From positions 107,757-171,756 of the IMG/VR virus record IMGVR_UViG_3300045972_000807: a DNA stretch of 64,000 nt. One strand, 5' to 3'. Source of the DNA: a virus. Positions 26,727 through 35,187 of the stretch are shown piece after piece. Each line of letters starts with the position of its first letter. The first letter of the stretch is position 1. The translations under genes and the position numbers were made by a program. The notes beneath the pieces were generated by a model. The model was not told the DNA's origin. It did no database searches and saw only the letters and a program-made list of their open reading frames with translations.

Positions 26727-28067
26727 CTATACCGATGCCATCTGACCGTTAGGTAATCTAAAAGGCTCTTCTGTTCTAGCTGATGCTTGCGGGTCTACTC
26801 TACGCTTGGGACCGCCACCACTGCCCCCTTCGCCACCACCCTCAGCCGAAGCTACTTGGGTGGGAGCAGCTTTAACCTTGGTGGACGTTGAGGTAGACGC
26901 TGTTACCTTTGGGGGCTCTATAGAAGCTAGCTGAATAGGCTCAGGAGTTCTTTGTGACGCTGCTAACTGCTGCGGCCTTTGACTACTCATAACCCCTATA
27001 CTCTTAGCTACTGCTACCTTCTGACCGCTAACGTCTACATTGGCGGCAGCGTAATGAATCTTCATTGACGCTTCAGCGTTCCTGAGGTAGTTACCTAAAC
27101 CGCCTTGCGTCAATTCAGATGCCTGGTTAGCCACAAAGCGTTTTGTTTGCTCGTCCCACTTTGTAGAATCTTTCTCAGAAAGCATCTTGTTTACAGTACC
27201 AGCGCCCAGGTTATGGGCCGCGTAGAGCAAGCCTAGCGTTGTCTCTTTGTATCCCGCAGCAGCAACCGCCGATGCGATACGCTTTCTGTTTATCACCATA
27301 AGCTTAGCAGTAGCAAGAGCATTGAGATAAGGATCATACCTGGGATCATCTGAACCGCCTGTTAAAGCTGGGAGTTTTAGACCCGAACTTTTTATGTCCT
27401 CCCAAGCTGATTTACCAATTTGGCCCAACCCTAGATACTGGGTGCTACGAGCTCTGGGGTCACCACCCGACTCTAAATGAATCATAGCCCTAAGCCACGT
27501 AACATTTTCCCCTACCGCCTTAGCTGCTCTTGCTATAGCACTGTCCACTGACTCACTGTTATCTTTTGATAACATTGTTTCGGACTTCCCAGACATGGGC
27601 GTCGTCCTAGGCGCAGTGGAGGATGCCGAGGCGGGTCCTTTCTCTACTTTAGGGGTTGCAACTTCATCTGCAATACTCTTGTTGATCTCGTCTAGCTGCG
27701 GATCAGCATCATCTACATCCGCTCTTGACGTACCTGGGTACGCCCCAGAGCTACCCGCGGTTGACGCGCTTTCTGCTGTACTTGCCATAGCCTTTTTACC
27801 AGCAAGCAACGCGGCTATACCCCCGAGGGTTAGCATAACGCCCTTAAGCGATATCTTAGACAAGATACTTTTCTTGTTCTTAAGAGACTCTTTACCGCCT
27901 TCGTTCTTACTTGCCTCCTCGTTCTTTTTCTTTTGACCTAGTAGAACGCTAACGGTATTCCGCAGGGTAAGGATAACCTGACTATCATCGTTAGCCGGCT
28001 TTTCGTCTGGAAGATGCTTAACCTCAGGGGGCTTAACTAAGCCAAGTGCTTCCTTGTCTATTTTCAT
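26727..28067 (-). CDS. virion-associated lytic transglycosylase (SLT)
   Basis: IHLESGGDP.A....Y.GLGQI...W; LYAAHNLGAG; low-complexity flanks. Confidence 0.8.
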   Translation of the reverse strand: MKIDKEALGLVKPPEVKHLPDEKPANDDSQVILTLRNTVSVLLGQKKKNEEASKNEGGKESLKNKKSILSKISLKGVMLTLGGIAALLAGKKAMASTAESASTAGSSGAYPGTSRADVDDADPQLDEINKSIADEVATPKVEKGPASASSTAPRTTPMSGKSETMLSKDNSESVDSAIARAAKAVGENVTWLRAMIHLESGGDPRARSTQYLGLGQIGKSAWEDIKSSGLKLPALTGGSDDPRYDPYLNALATAKLMVINRKRIASAVAAAGYKETTLGLLYAAHNLGAGTVNKMLSEKDSTKWDEQTKRFVANQASELTQGGLGNYLRNAEASMKIHYAAANVDVSGQKVAVAKSIGVMSSQRPQQLAASQRTPEPIQLASIEPPKVTASTSTSTKVKAAPTQVASAEGGGEGGSGGGPKRRVDPQASARTEEPFRLPNGQMASV

Positions 28068-30730
28068 GCCATTGCCTGCACGTTAGTAGCGTAGAACGCC
28101 GGGTCGTTAAACATAAAGGTTGGGACACTAGCCACAGATATAGCTGAACCCCGGTTAGCTCCGCCACCACCGCCTCCTCGCCCGGCGCCGGCGCCTACGT
28201 TAGAAGGACCTTCTACCGAAGTTACAGACGAATTGTCATCTGAGGAAGCCACGGAGATCTGTCCGTTTTTAGTATTGGAGTTACCTGCGGATTTTGTAGG
28301 AGCGTCGACCGTCGACTCGCCTGCACTCTTTGTGCTAACCGGGCCAGCCCCAATGGCGTCGCCTGAGACTAAACTACCACTGCCCGATATAGCGTTCTGT
28401 GCTCCGGCTAATTGCAAGTGCTGGCGTTCCCGAGGACCTGAGATTCTCTCAAAGCCGTTCTTGGCTATGAGTCCCATGCGATCCATCTCGTCTACTTGGG
28501 AAGGATCAGCGTCCACAGCTAACCCTACCTCGTGCAAGCTACTACCTGGGGGATTAGCTGGGTTAGCTCCAGGTTTACCAGCCTTGTAGTCGGCGTAAAG
28601 CTGAGCCTGTTTTTCTCTAGACCTAAACCCGGAGTTTATCTTTAGCTTTTTACCAGTGGCTGAGTTGTAGTCAGAAGCCAAGGAGGTAAGGTTGCTAGTG
28701 GCCTGAGGCGTTAGGTCGCTTAGGTCTACGTTGCCTGTGGTGGTTACTAGGTTCTGTAATTTCTCCGAACCCGGGCCGCTTACAGACGTAGCCTTGCCGT
28801 CACTGCCGCCGTTACTGGCAATTGAAGACATTTGGGCTTGGCCGTTACCGCGTCCGCTACCAGCCGCACTAGAAGCCGCAGAAGAAGGGGCTGCTGAGCC
28901 TGACGATGCGCCTGCCTTGGACGCAGAGGCTGCTACCGAGGCGGAGTCTTTAGCCATCGCTGAAACCTGGGCTTGGCCGTTACCGCGCCCACCGCCCGCG
29001 CCAGTAGACGGTAAAGGAGCGCCAGATGTAGCCCCAGGCTTCTTAATGTTCTGTGGCGGTACTTCTAAACCAAGATTCTTCTTGAGGACTGCGGCTTCCT
29101 CAGGAGAGAACGTGGCACCGGATTCAAACTGCCACTGGTACTTCTTGATTAGTGCTTTCTTCTTTGTGCCAAACAGATCAGACGAGATACCCAAGGTTGA
29201 AGCAAACGTCGTATCCGCATTTAACCGCTCTACGCGGCTCATGTCCTGTTGAGGTTTAAGTCCCTGACCTCCAAGTGCTTTCTGGGCGCTGTTAAGCACT
29301 TTACCAGTGCCAGTCATGTTGCCTTTTTTGTCCCTAATGGACGCTGTCTCAGCCCACTTGGTAACGCCGTACATTACGGCCAAGGGCGCAACAGCCAGTG
29401 CTACTGTGCCGAGGATTCCAACAATGCTAGATATCCCCGCGCCTATGCTGGAAACCTTACTCAGCAGATCCATTGGCAAGCTATTACCGCTACCGCTGCT
29501 TGAACCTCCCCCTAATCCGTCTTTGGCCAGCTTAGCCAAAGACTTGTTTATACCCTTTAGCTCGTCGGTCTCGGCCTTAGCGTCTTCTTCAGCCCGCATC
29601 CGGTAAATGTCGTCTCCACCCGGCTCGCCTTGTGGCCTTGCTGACTCTTTAAGGTCACTAAATGGGTTGGACTTATTATTCCCAAACATCTCAGGATGCT
29701 CTTCTTTTAGGTCAGCCAGGTCATTGGCCTTCTTAGCAGCATCCTCGTTCTTTTTGTATCGGTCAGCTATGCTGATGTTATTCATTGCCCGACGGTTAGC
29801 ATTAAGGTCGTTTATAGTCCGACCTTCCCCAAAGCCCAACTTGCCCACCGTGGCTTTTGCAAAGTTGGTTAGGGTAAGAGCGTCTTTAGCGTCCTTAATA
29901 CTGTCGAGTTTACGGTTAATGAACCCCCGCTTCTCAGCAAGCTTCTCAGCAGTCTTAAACGCGGCTTGCGTGGACTCGTCTGACGCCTCAAGCTTCTTAT
30001 CTATTCTCTTCTGGATTGCCTCAAAGTCAGCTACGTTATTCTTGCGAGCGTTATCAAGCTGAAAAGCCAACAGCTTGCGAAGCTCAGCATCTCCCGTGGC
30101 CGAGGCTATCTTCATCTTTGCTTGCAAAGCATTTATAGTTTCGCGGCGATTCTTTAGGAAGTCAGCTTCCTTGCCCTTGTACTCTTCACGCCGTTCCTTC
30201 AGCTGCTCTTTCGCTATCTGTTTACCTATGCGGGTACCCAGAAGGTTAGCAGCCGCAGCATCAGCTTTTTTGGCCGCCTCTAATGAGGCCAACACCTTGT
30301 TGGCTTTTTCAGCAAACGAACCTTTGACTTCCTCTAGCTCATCTGAAAGAGCTTCTATTGCTTCAAGGTTGTCTTGGGTTTGCTGCTTCTGGTTCTTTTC
30401 AACCAATGCCCCTAGCTTCTTCTGCAGGGCGGCGACCTTCTTGGCTTCATCCCGTTCGATCTCCGCAGCCTTGCTAAAGCCCTCTATGGCAGCAAGCATT
30501 ACTTCAGCACTGGACTTTTTGTTCTCGATGGCGTCCTTCATCATAGCCTTTACCTGGGCTGCGCTCTTTTTAGAAGCGCCTGCCTTGGCGTTAGCGGCTC
30601 GGACGTGTTCCCCGGCAATGGAATTTTCAAGGTCGGCTTCGTGCTTAGCATAAGCCTCAGCATGCTTGGCATGTTGCTGCTGTACTTGCTTAGCCTTGTT
30701 GTTTCCCTTGCCTTTACCTTTGGTAGCCAT
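28064..30730 (-). CDS. tape-measure-like coiled-coil protein with C-terminal M15 (VanY-like) peptidase
   Basis: Long helical Lys/Glu/Ala region; INSGFRS..KQ..LY...ANPPGSSLHEVGLAVD...E..HLQL. Confidence 0.8.
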   Translation of the reverse strand: MATKGKGKGNNKAKQVQQQHAKHAEAYAKHEADLENSIAGEHVRAANAKAGASKKSAAQVKAMMKDAIENKKSSAEVMLAAIEGFSKAAEIERDEAKKVAALQKKLGALVEKNQKQQTQDNLEAIEALSDELEEVKGSFAEKANKVLASLEAAKKADAAAANLLGTRIGKQIAKEQLKERREEYKGKEADFLKNRRETINALQAKMKIASATGDAELRKLLAFQLDNARKNNVADFEAIQKRIDKKLEASDESTQAAFKTAEKLAEKRGFINRKLDSIKDAKDALTLTNFAKATVGKLGFGEGRTINDLNANRRAMNNISIADRYKKNEDAAKKANDLADLKEEHPEMFGNNKSNPFSDLKESARPQGEPGGDDIYRMRAEEDAKAETDELKGINKSLAKLAKDGLGGGSSSGSGNSLPMDLLSKVSSIGAGISSIVGILGTVALAVAPLAVMYGVTKWAETASIRDKKGNMTGTGKVLNSAQKALGGQGLKPQQDMSRVERLNADTTFASTLGISSDLFGTKKKALIKKYQWQFESGATFSPEEAAVLKKNLGLEVPPQNIKKPGATSGAPLPSTGAGGGRGNGQAQVSAMAKDSASVAASASKAGASSGSAAPSSAASSAAGSGRGNGQAQMSSIASNGGSDGKATSVSGPGSEKLQNLVTTTGNVDLSDLTPQATSNLTSLASDYNSATGKKLKINSGFRSREKQAQLYADYKAGKPGANPANPPGSSLHEVGLAVDADPSQVDEMDRMGLIAKNGFERISGPRERQHLQLAGAQNAISGSGSLVSGDAIGAGPVSTKSAGESTVDAPTKSAGNSNTKNGQISVASSDDNSSVTSVEGPSNVGAGAGRGGGGGGANRGSAISVASVPTFMFNDPAFYATNVQAMA

Positions 30731-30745
30731 CGTGTGTATCCTCAA

Positions 30746-30952
30746 TTAACCGTTGCGTGACTTACGGCTGCTGTTTCGTGCTTGCGCTGCAAGCTTCTTC
30801 TGTTCAACCATAGCATTAGCTGTCTTTACGAATGCCATTATCGTGTGCATTGGAAGATTAAGTGTGTCGATGAACACACCCATTTCCCGTGCTACAAGAA
30901 TGGCCCCGTCGTCCAGATAAGAGGCTGTAAAGAAGTCGAAGAACTTATAGAA
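30746..30952 (-). CDS. tail assembly chaperone extension (gp51 / gpT-like), probably reached by +1 frameshift
   Basis: 68-codon open frame FYKFFDFF...KSRNG overlapping the end of the upstream gene; absent from the ORF track. Confidence 0.6.
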   Translation of the reverse strand, partial: FYKFFDFFTASYLDDGAILVAREMGVFIDTLNLPMHTIMAFVKTANAMVEQKKLAAQARNSSRKSRNG

Positions 30953-31871
30953 AATCGCGCACAGAGATCGTTACATCGGTAACATTCTCTGCGCCACACT
31001 CCTTGCAAATAGATTTAAGGGCGGCGGTTACGCCGTGATTTTGTGCCACGGCCCTATAGGCCTCAAGGCACTTGAACTGGGCGACGCTCATGTCGCGAAC
31101 CTTTTCAGCGCGCTCTTCGAGGGTACCTCCTTTAAGGTAGGCAGCCAGATCGTAGATGAAGACGTCTTCTTCGTTATCGCTGCGGTCAGCATAATTCTCT
31201 TCCCACTCAATGGCATCCCGCATCGTATAGACGCCCAGGTCGTAGCCACTTAACGGAGTGAGGTCCAAGGCTTTCAAGGCCTCAGGATTGAATATGATTT
31301 CCTTGAGGGTAGGACGGTCATACGTCATAATGTAGTTCAGGGAAGCCTCAGGCATCTCACCGTCGTCTACCTTATGGTTGTGCTCGGGGTTGCGACACTC
31401 TACTGCTGTGCGGCGCGGGCTAGCCGGATAAGAGAGCAACAGAATGAAATGCAATAGCCATTTGAAGTCGTAGGCGGTAAGGTCGAGTGCTGATATGCCG
31501 TCGCCTAGCAGAAAGCTAACGCCCTCAACCAAGTAGCGAGCATTGCCTTCGGCTCCGGCTCGGGTGAACTTGGCTTGGACTCTTCCTGTAACCTTCTTCA
31601 CGCTGAGTGCTTTGAAGTCGTAGAAGAAGAAGTCACTGGGGAGCTTTACCGAGTAAAAGTCGGCATCCTTTTCAGCGTCAGGCTTGCCTACTTGTTCCAG
31701 TCCCCAGGCGTCTGACGGAGACTCTTTTTTGATTACGCGTTGCTCCGGCGTGAGAATAGACTGAGGCTGAGCCTTAGGTTCCTCAACGGCTGCTCCAGGG
31801 AAGCCCCACTGTTGGGTGGCTCCTGGGTTTTGCGGCTTTAGGTTAAGCTGCTTGGTGGGGTGTGCGATCAT
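30945..31871 (-). CDS. baseplate hub / tail assembly chaperone (T4 gp26-like)
   Basis: V.LPS...Y, C.NP.H, C..CG motifs; ends ...RDFL; upstream of the tape measure. Confidence 0.7.
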   Translation of the reverse strand: MIAHPTKQLNLKPQNPGATQQWGFPGAAVEEPKAQPQSILTPEQRVIKKESPSDAWGLEQVGKPDAEKDADFYSVKLPSDFFFYDFKALSVKKVTGRVQAKFTRAGAEGNARYLVEGVSFLLGDGISALDLTAYDFKWLLHFILLLSYPASPRRTAVECRNPEHNHKVDDGEMPEASLNYIMTYDRPTLKEIIFNPEALKALDLTPLSGYDLGVYTMRDAIEWEENYADRSDNEEDVFIYDLAAYLKGGTLEERAEKVRDMSVAQFKCLEAYRAVAQNHGVTAALKSICKECGAENVTDVTISVRDFL

Positions 31872-31893
31872 AATTATGTGCTCCTGACGTTAA

Positions 31894-32826
31894 CTAAAAT
31901 TTCAAGGCTGAGTTTATTCTACCTTGTACCGAATTTATTGTGTCTTGTGCGCTCTTAACGGCGCCCTGAAACTGACTTAACTGTGCTGGGATTTTAGGTA
32001 TACCTACGTTACTTGTATCTCCGGTTGATGCTGTTACTGCCGCGATGCTTTGTATAACGGCATCCTTGCTAGAGTCGTAGTTCATTTTGAAATCGTCTAC
32101 GCTAAGCGTTAACGAGGACTCCAATGCAGCAGCCGCCCCAGACGTTAGCTGATAGTCTCCCCAGGCTGTAGGCCAGCAACCTAGCAGTTGTATGTCGATC
32201 ACCACCTTTCTCGTAGGGTCCAAGATAAACACAAAGATGTCTTTCTTGTAAGCCACGGGTGGCTGGTAAAAGTTGTCATCTCTGTACACCGAACGTATCC
32301 AGTTATTACAGAAATTAAAAGCAAGGCCAGACACGTCCGAATATATCTTTACCGTGCAGGTTCCTAGTGTAAACCACTCGGCATACTTCTTTTCCTTACC
32401 GGCCACAAACTTTTGGGAGGCCCCAAAGTTAGGCGCCGGTACTGTGATCTCATCTATGTAATACCAAGGCAAGGTATCGTTTGTCCCAGGGCTCTTGTTA
32501 ACCACGATGGCCATCCACTCGAAGTTAGTAACCGGGTCCAGACGTTTTAACAGATCGCTCTTAACGTCCCTCGCAGCAAAAGCCGCGCCTGTTGTGCGTG
32601 TGGGGCTGTTAGCGTTTTGGGTTCCACCGAACAGACTAGATATCTGCCCACTGGACGCTGACTTAAGCATCGCCGTAGGATTAACCTGCGCTATGTTTGT
32701 ACCCAGTGTGCTGTTGACCTTGGACACAAAGGAGTTTAACGGCGTGGACTTAGCGTTCAGTCCGCCGCCCATGCCTTCTACGGCGTTTCCACCTATCTTC
32801 TGGCCTAAAGCTGTAAAATCAACCAT
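31894..32826 (-). CDS. tail-tube-fold baseplate protein (gp54/gp19-like)
   Basis: F...W...V....Y..P..YKKDI......D......I.L.GCWPT...L.VDD. Confidence 0.75.
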   Translation of the reverse strand: MVDFTALGQKIGGNAVEGMGGGLNAKSTPLNSFVSKVNSTLGTNIAQVNPTAMLKSASSGQISSLFGGTQNANSPTRTTGAAFAARDVKSDLLKRLDPVTNFEWMAIVVNKSPGTNDTLPWYYIDEITVPAPNFGASQKFVAGKEKKYAEWFTLGTCTVKIYSDVSGLAFNFCNNWIRSVYRDDNFYQPPVAYKKDIFVFILDPTRKVVIDIQLLGCWPTAWGDYQLTSGAAAALESSLTLSVDDFKMNYDSSKDAVIQSIAAVTASTGDTSNVGIPKIPAQLSQFQGAVKSAQDTINSVQGRINSALKF

Positions 32827-32855
32827 TCAAAACTCCAAGGGTAAAGCGTTAAGTC

Positions 32856-33056
32856 TAATGCACCTAGCGTAGGTCAGACAGGTGCTAAAATGGCAGATGT
32901 GGATAACGGTGCACAAGAGCCAAAATGGGCGTTCTCGGTGGGATAATTAGGTTTTTGGATTGAGTGCTCCACAGAACGTAGAAACACCTATTACCTAGGA
33001 ACGCCGCCGAATTGGACGCTTGGTAAATGTGGGCGCCGATGACCGGCGAGGCGCCC
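32856..33056 (-). ncRNA. candidate structured non-coding RNA or leader
   Basis: 250-nt gene-free gap with several nested stems; G-U pairs favour the - strand. Confidence 0.35.
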
Positions 33057-33381
33057 TTTGATTCCCGGTACTACTTTTAAGACTGGTAGGCCTTGCGTAG
33101 GAAGTTCATGTCCGCTTTGTCCAAAATGTCAACAGTGGCATGCTTTGCGTTTCTAACACTTGGAAGTATCAGACTGATTAGCCCGCCGTCCTCCTCAGAG
33201 GTTTTAGGATTTTCAGCCATAGAAGTTAAAGCAGTTTCTAACTCCTTTAGCTGAGCTAGCTTTTCCTTTAGCAACTTTTGCAGAGCCGGACTCGGCTCTG
33301 CTGGGCGATTGGCTGCGATTACCTTGGTGCGGGATGCGATAGCCTTGATGTGTTGTTCGTTAATCATTTTGATTCCCGGTA
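33057..33381. repeat. 14-bp direct repeat TTTGATTCCCGGTA flanking gene 33077..33367
   Basis: Exact copies at 33057-33070 and 33368-33381. Confidence 0.85.
33077..33367 (-). CDS. putative internal head protein
   Basis: N-terminus MINEQHIKAIASRTKVIAA shared with neighbours. Confidence 0.65.
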   Translation of the reverse strand: MINEQHIKAIASRTKVIAANRPAEPSPALQKLLKEKLAQLKELETALTSMAENPKTSEEDGGLISLILPSVRNAKHATVDILDKADMNFLRKAYQS

Positions 33382-33394
33382 TGCTGATTAGCAG

Positions 33395-33736
33395 TTAGAA
33401 CAGCGTTTGCTCTGTGCTAAACTTCTTCTTAGCAAGTTCGTAGACTACCCTATACGTGTAGACTACCCAATCAGTTTTATCCCCAGCGTCTTCTGGGCTA
33501 AACCCAATTTGGTAGGTTCCATCTCTGAGCTCACCTGCCTCAAAGGAAACGCCTGGGTAATCTTTTTTCAAAGCCTTAACGGTGGCTCGGGCCAAGTCAT
33601 TAAGCTTCTTACCACTTTGTGCGACAGCAGCGTTTTCAAAGTTGTCTTTAACCGCGCTAACAAAAGCCGCGTCAGCCTTAGCGGTTACTTTGCTACGCTC
33701 AGCTATAACCTTGACGTGTTGTGTGTTGATGCTCAT
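33395..33736 (-). CDS. putative internal head protein
   Basis: N-terminus MSINTQHVKVIAERSKVTAK. Confidence 0.65.
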   Translation of the reverse strand: MSINTQHVKVIAERSKVTAKADAAFVSAVKDNFENAAVAQSGKKLNDLARATVKALKKDYPGVSFEAGELRDGTYQIGFSPEDAGDKTDWVVYTYRVVYELAKKKFSTEQTLF

Positions 33737-33750
33737 TACGTGCCCCATGT

Positions 33751-34266
33751 TTAACCAACGATCTCTGAAGTACGATCCATGCTGAATTTGCAGGTGTACG
33801 TCAAGAGACCTGAGGTGTTATCGAGCGTAGCTGTGCCCAGCTCCAATGGATAGAACTGTTCGATCTTGATGCGCTTGGTAATGTTGCCAGGAGCATCGTA
33901 CAGGTTCAGTTCGGCATCCACGGCGTAGTTGGCTTTGTAGTTGCCAGTGTTCGCCTTAATGTCACGGACGAAATCCATCCAGGCCAGCATCAGGTTGCGG
34001 GTAGTTTGGTCACGGGTCTCGTACACTGTGAAGTCAATGTCTGCTGCCCAAGTGCGGCGGCCAGGGTAGTTGAAGCCCAAACCGTGAGCCTCAACCTTGA
34101 AGGCTTCCTGGGTGACCGCAGGGATGGTGGTACCTGTGCAACGGAACGTAAAGTCCCGTGTAGAGTACGAACCACCTGGCACTGACGGCAACCAGATGGC
34201 CCAGTCGAAGGAACTTTGAGCATCAACCACTTGGGCCATGTCTTGTAGGGATACGCGTGCTGGCAT
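33751..34266 (-). CDS. tail tube protein (gp19-like)
   Basis: 171 aa; YPGRRTW; W.D......G.....Y.....L..YD; FYP..LG...LD; strong codon bias. Confidence 0.9.
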   Translation of the reverse strand: MPARVSLQDMAQVVDAQSSFDWAIWLPSVPGGSYSTRDFTFRCTGTTIPAVTQEAFKVEAHGLGFNYPGRRTWAADIDFTVYETRDQTTRNLMLAWMDFVRDIKANTGNYKANYAVDAELNLYDAPGNITKRIKIEQFYPLELGTATLDNTSGLLTYTCKFSMDRTSEIVG

Positions 34267-34298
34267 GTTAATGTTTCCTTAAATCAATTGGGGGATTT

Positions 34299-34994
34299 TT
34301 AACGCCCACGCTGAGCATCGAAACTCAATGAAGCGCTGTAACGATTGTCTGAAGCCATACCGCCATAGCTGCTAGACGTACTAAGAATCCAAGGACCTTT
34401 GATAAACGTAGAGCCTCCACCCATGGTGGAGCCATCAGCATTACCGAAGGGCTCGTATTCGCCTTTTTTGAATCCTAGAGCCATAGCTCGTCTTTGGACT
34501 TCCGCCAAAGCCTTGCTACCGGCGTAGCCTCCGCGCTTAGACCAGTAAGCTACGTTGCCTCGAAACTCTGCGCCAGACGGCAAGATTTCTTTAGCCATCT
34601 TTTTAAGCATTGCGGAGAAAGCTTCATCGATACCCTCGAATACTGTATCGTCCTTTGACAAGGTCAACCAGGTCATCTCGGAACCTTGCTCAACGGTTAA
34701 CGGCCACTTGCCGTTCTTCAGAAACTTCCAGTTCAGAGTACCATCGGCACTAAAGCGGTTACTAGCACGACGTTCAACCAGTGCCCACCCTAGCTTCTCC
34801 AGAGACAGGGCTATAGCATCGCCTTGCTTGCCTTCAAAGATTAAGGTGAAGGCGTCCATGAACTGCGGCTTCTCTCCCTTGTAGAGCAAGGCATCCATTT
34901 TGCGTAGCTGGTCCAGAAACCTAACGGCTTCTCCGTTCGAGATTGGGGCGGCCGTAATCCCCAATCTCGAAGCTATGGCCTTTATTGCGGTCAT
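34299..34994 (-). CDS. putative internal head protein
   Basis: N-terminus MTAIKAIASRLGITAA. Confidence 0.65.
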   Translation of the reverse strand: MTAIKAIASRLGITAAPISNGEAVRFLDQLRKMDALLYKGEKPQFMDAFTLIFEGKQGDAIALSLEKLGWALVERRASNRFSADGTLNWKFLKNGKWPLTVEQGSEMTWLTLSKDDTVFEGIDEAFSAMLKKMAKEILPSGAEFRGNVAYWSKRGGYAGSKALAEVQRRAMALGFKKGEYEPFGNADGSTMGGGSTFIKGPWILSTSSSYGGMASDNRYSASLSFDAQRGR

Positions 34995-35012
34995 TACGTC
35001 TTCCTTAAGCGC

Positions 35013-35180
35013 TCATCGACGCGTAACTGGTGAATCCACAGAGCTAGCTTTTTCTTTAGCTAACTCTAACCTTTTGGCAATCTCAGCAATTGCCTTAACT
35101 GAAGTTTTAGCAACAACCTCACTGTCTACCTTGGGTAACAGGAAATCGTCGTCTGAATCTCTAGTGTACGTCTTAATCAT
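35013..35180 (-). CDS. small hypothetical protein (55 aa)
   Basis: GAGG SD; MIKTYTRD...EVVAKTSVKAIAEIAKRL...; below the ORF-track cutoff. Confidence 0.55.
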   Translation of the reverse strand: MIKTYTRDSDDDFLLPKVDSEVVAKTSVKAIAEIAKRLELAKEKASSVDSPVTRR

Positions 35181-35187
35181 TTAAGCC

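Noticed and set aside
33031-33056. Hammerhead ribozyme core (CCGATGA in hairpin)
   Set aside because: Does not match CUGANGA and no correctly placed GAAA was found
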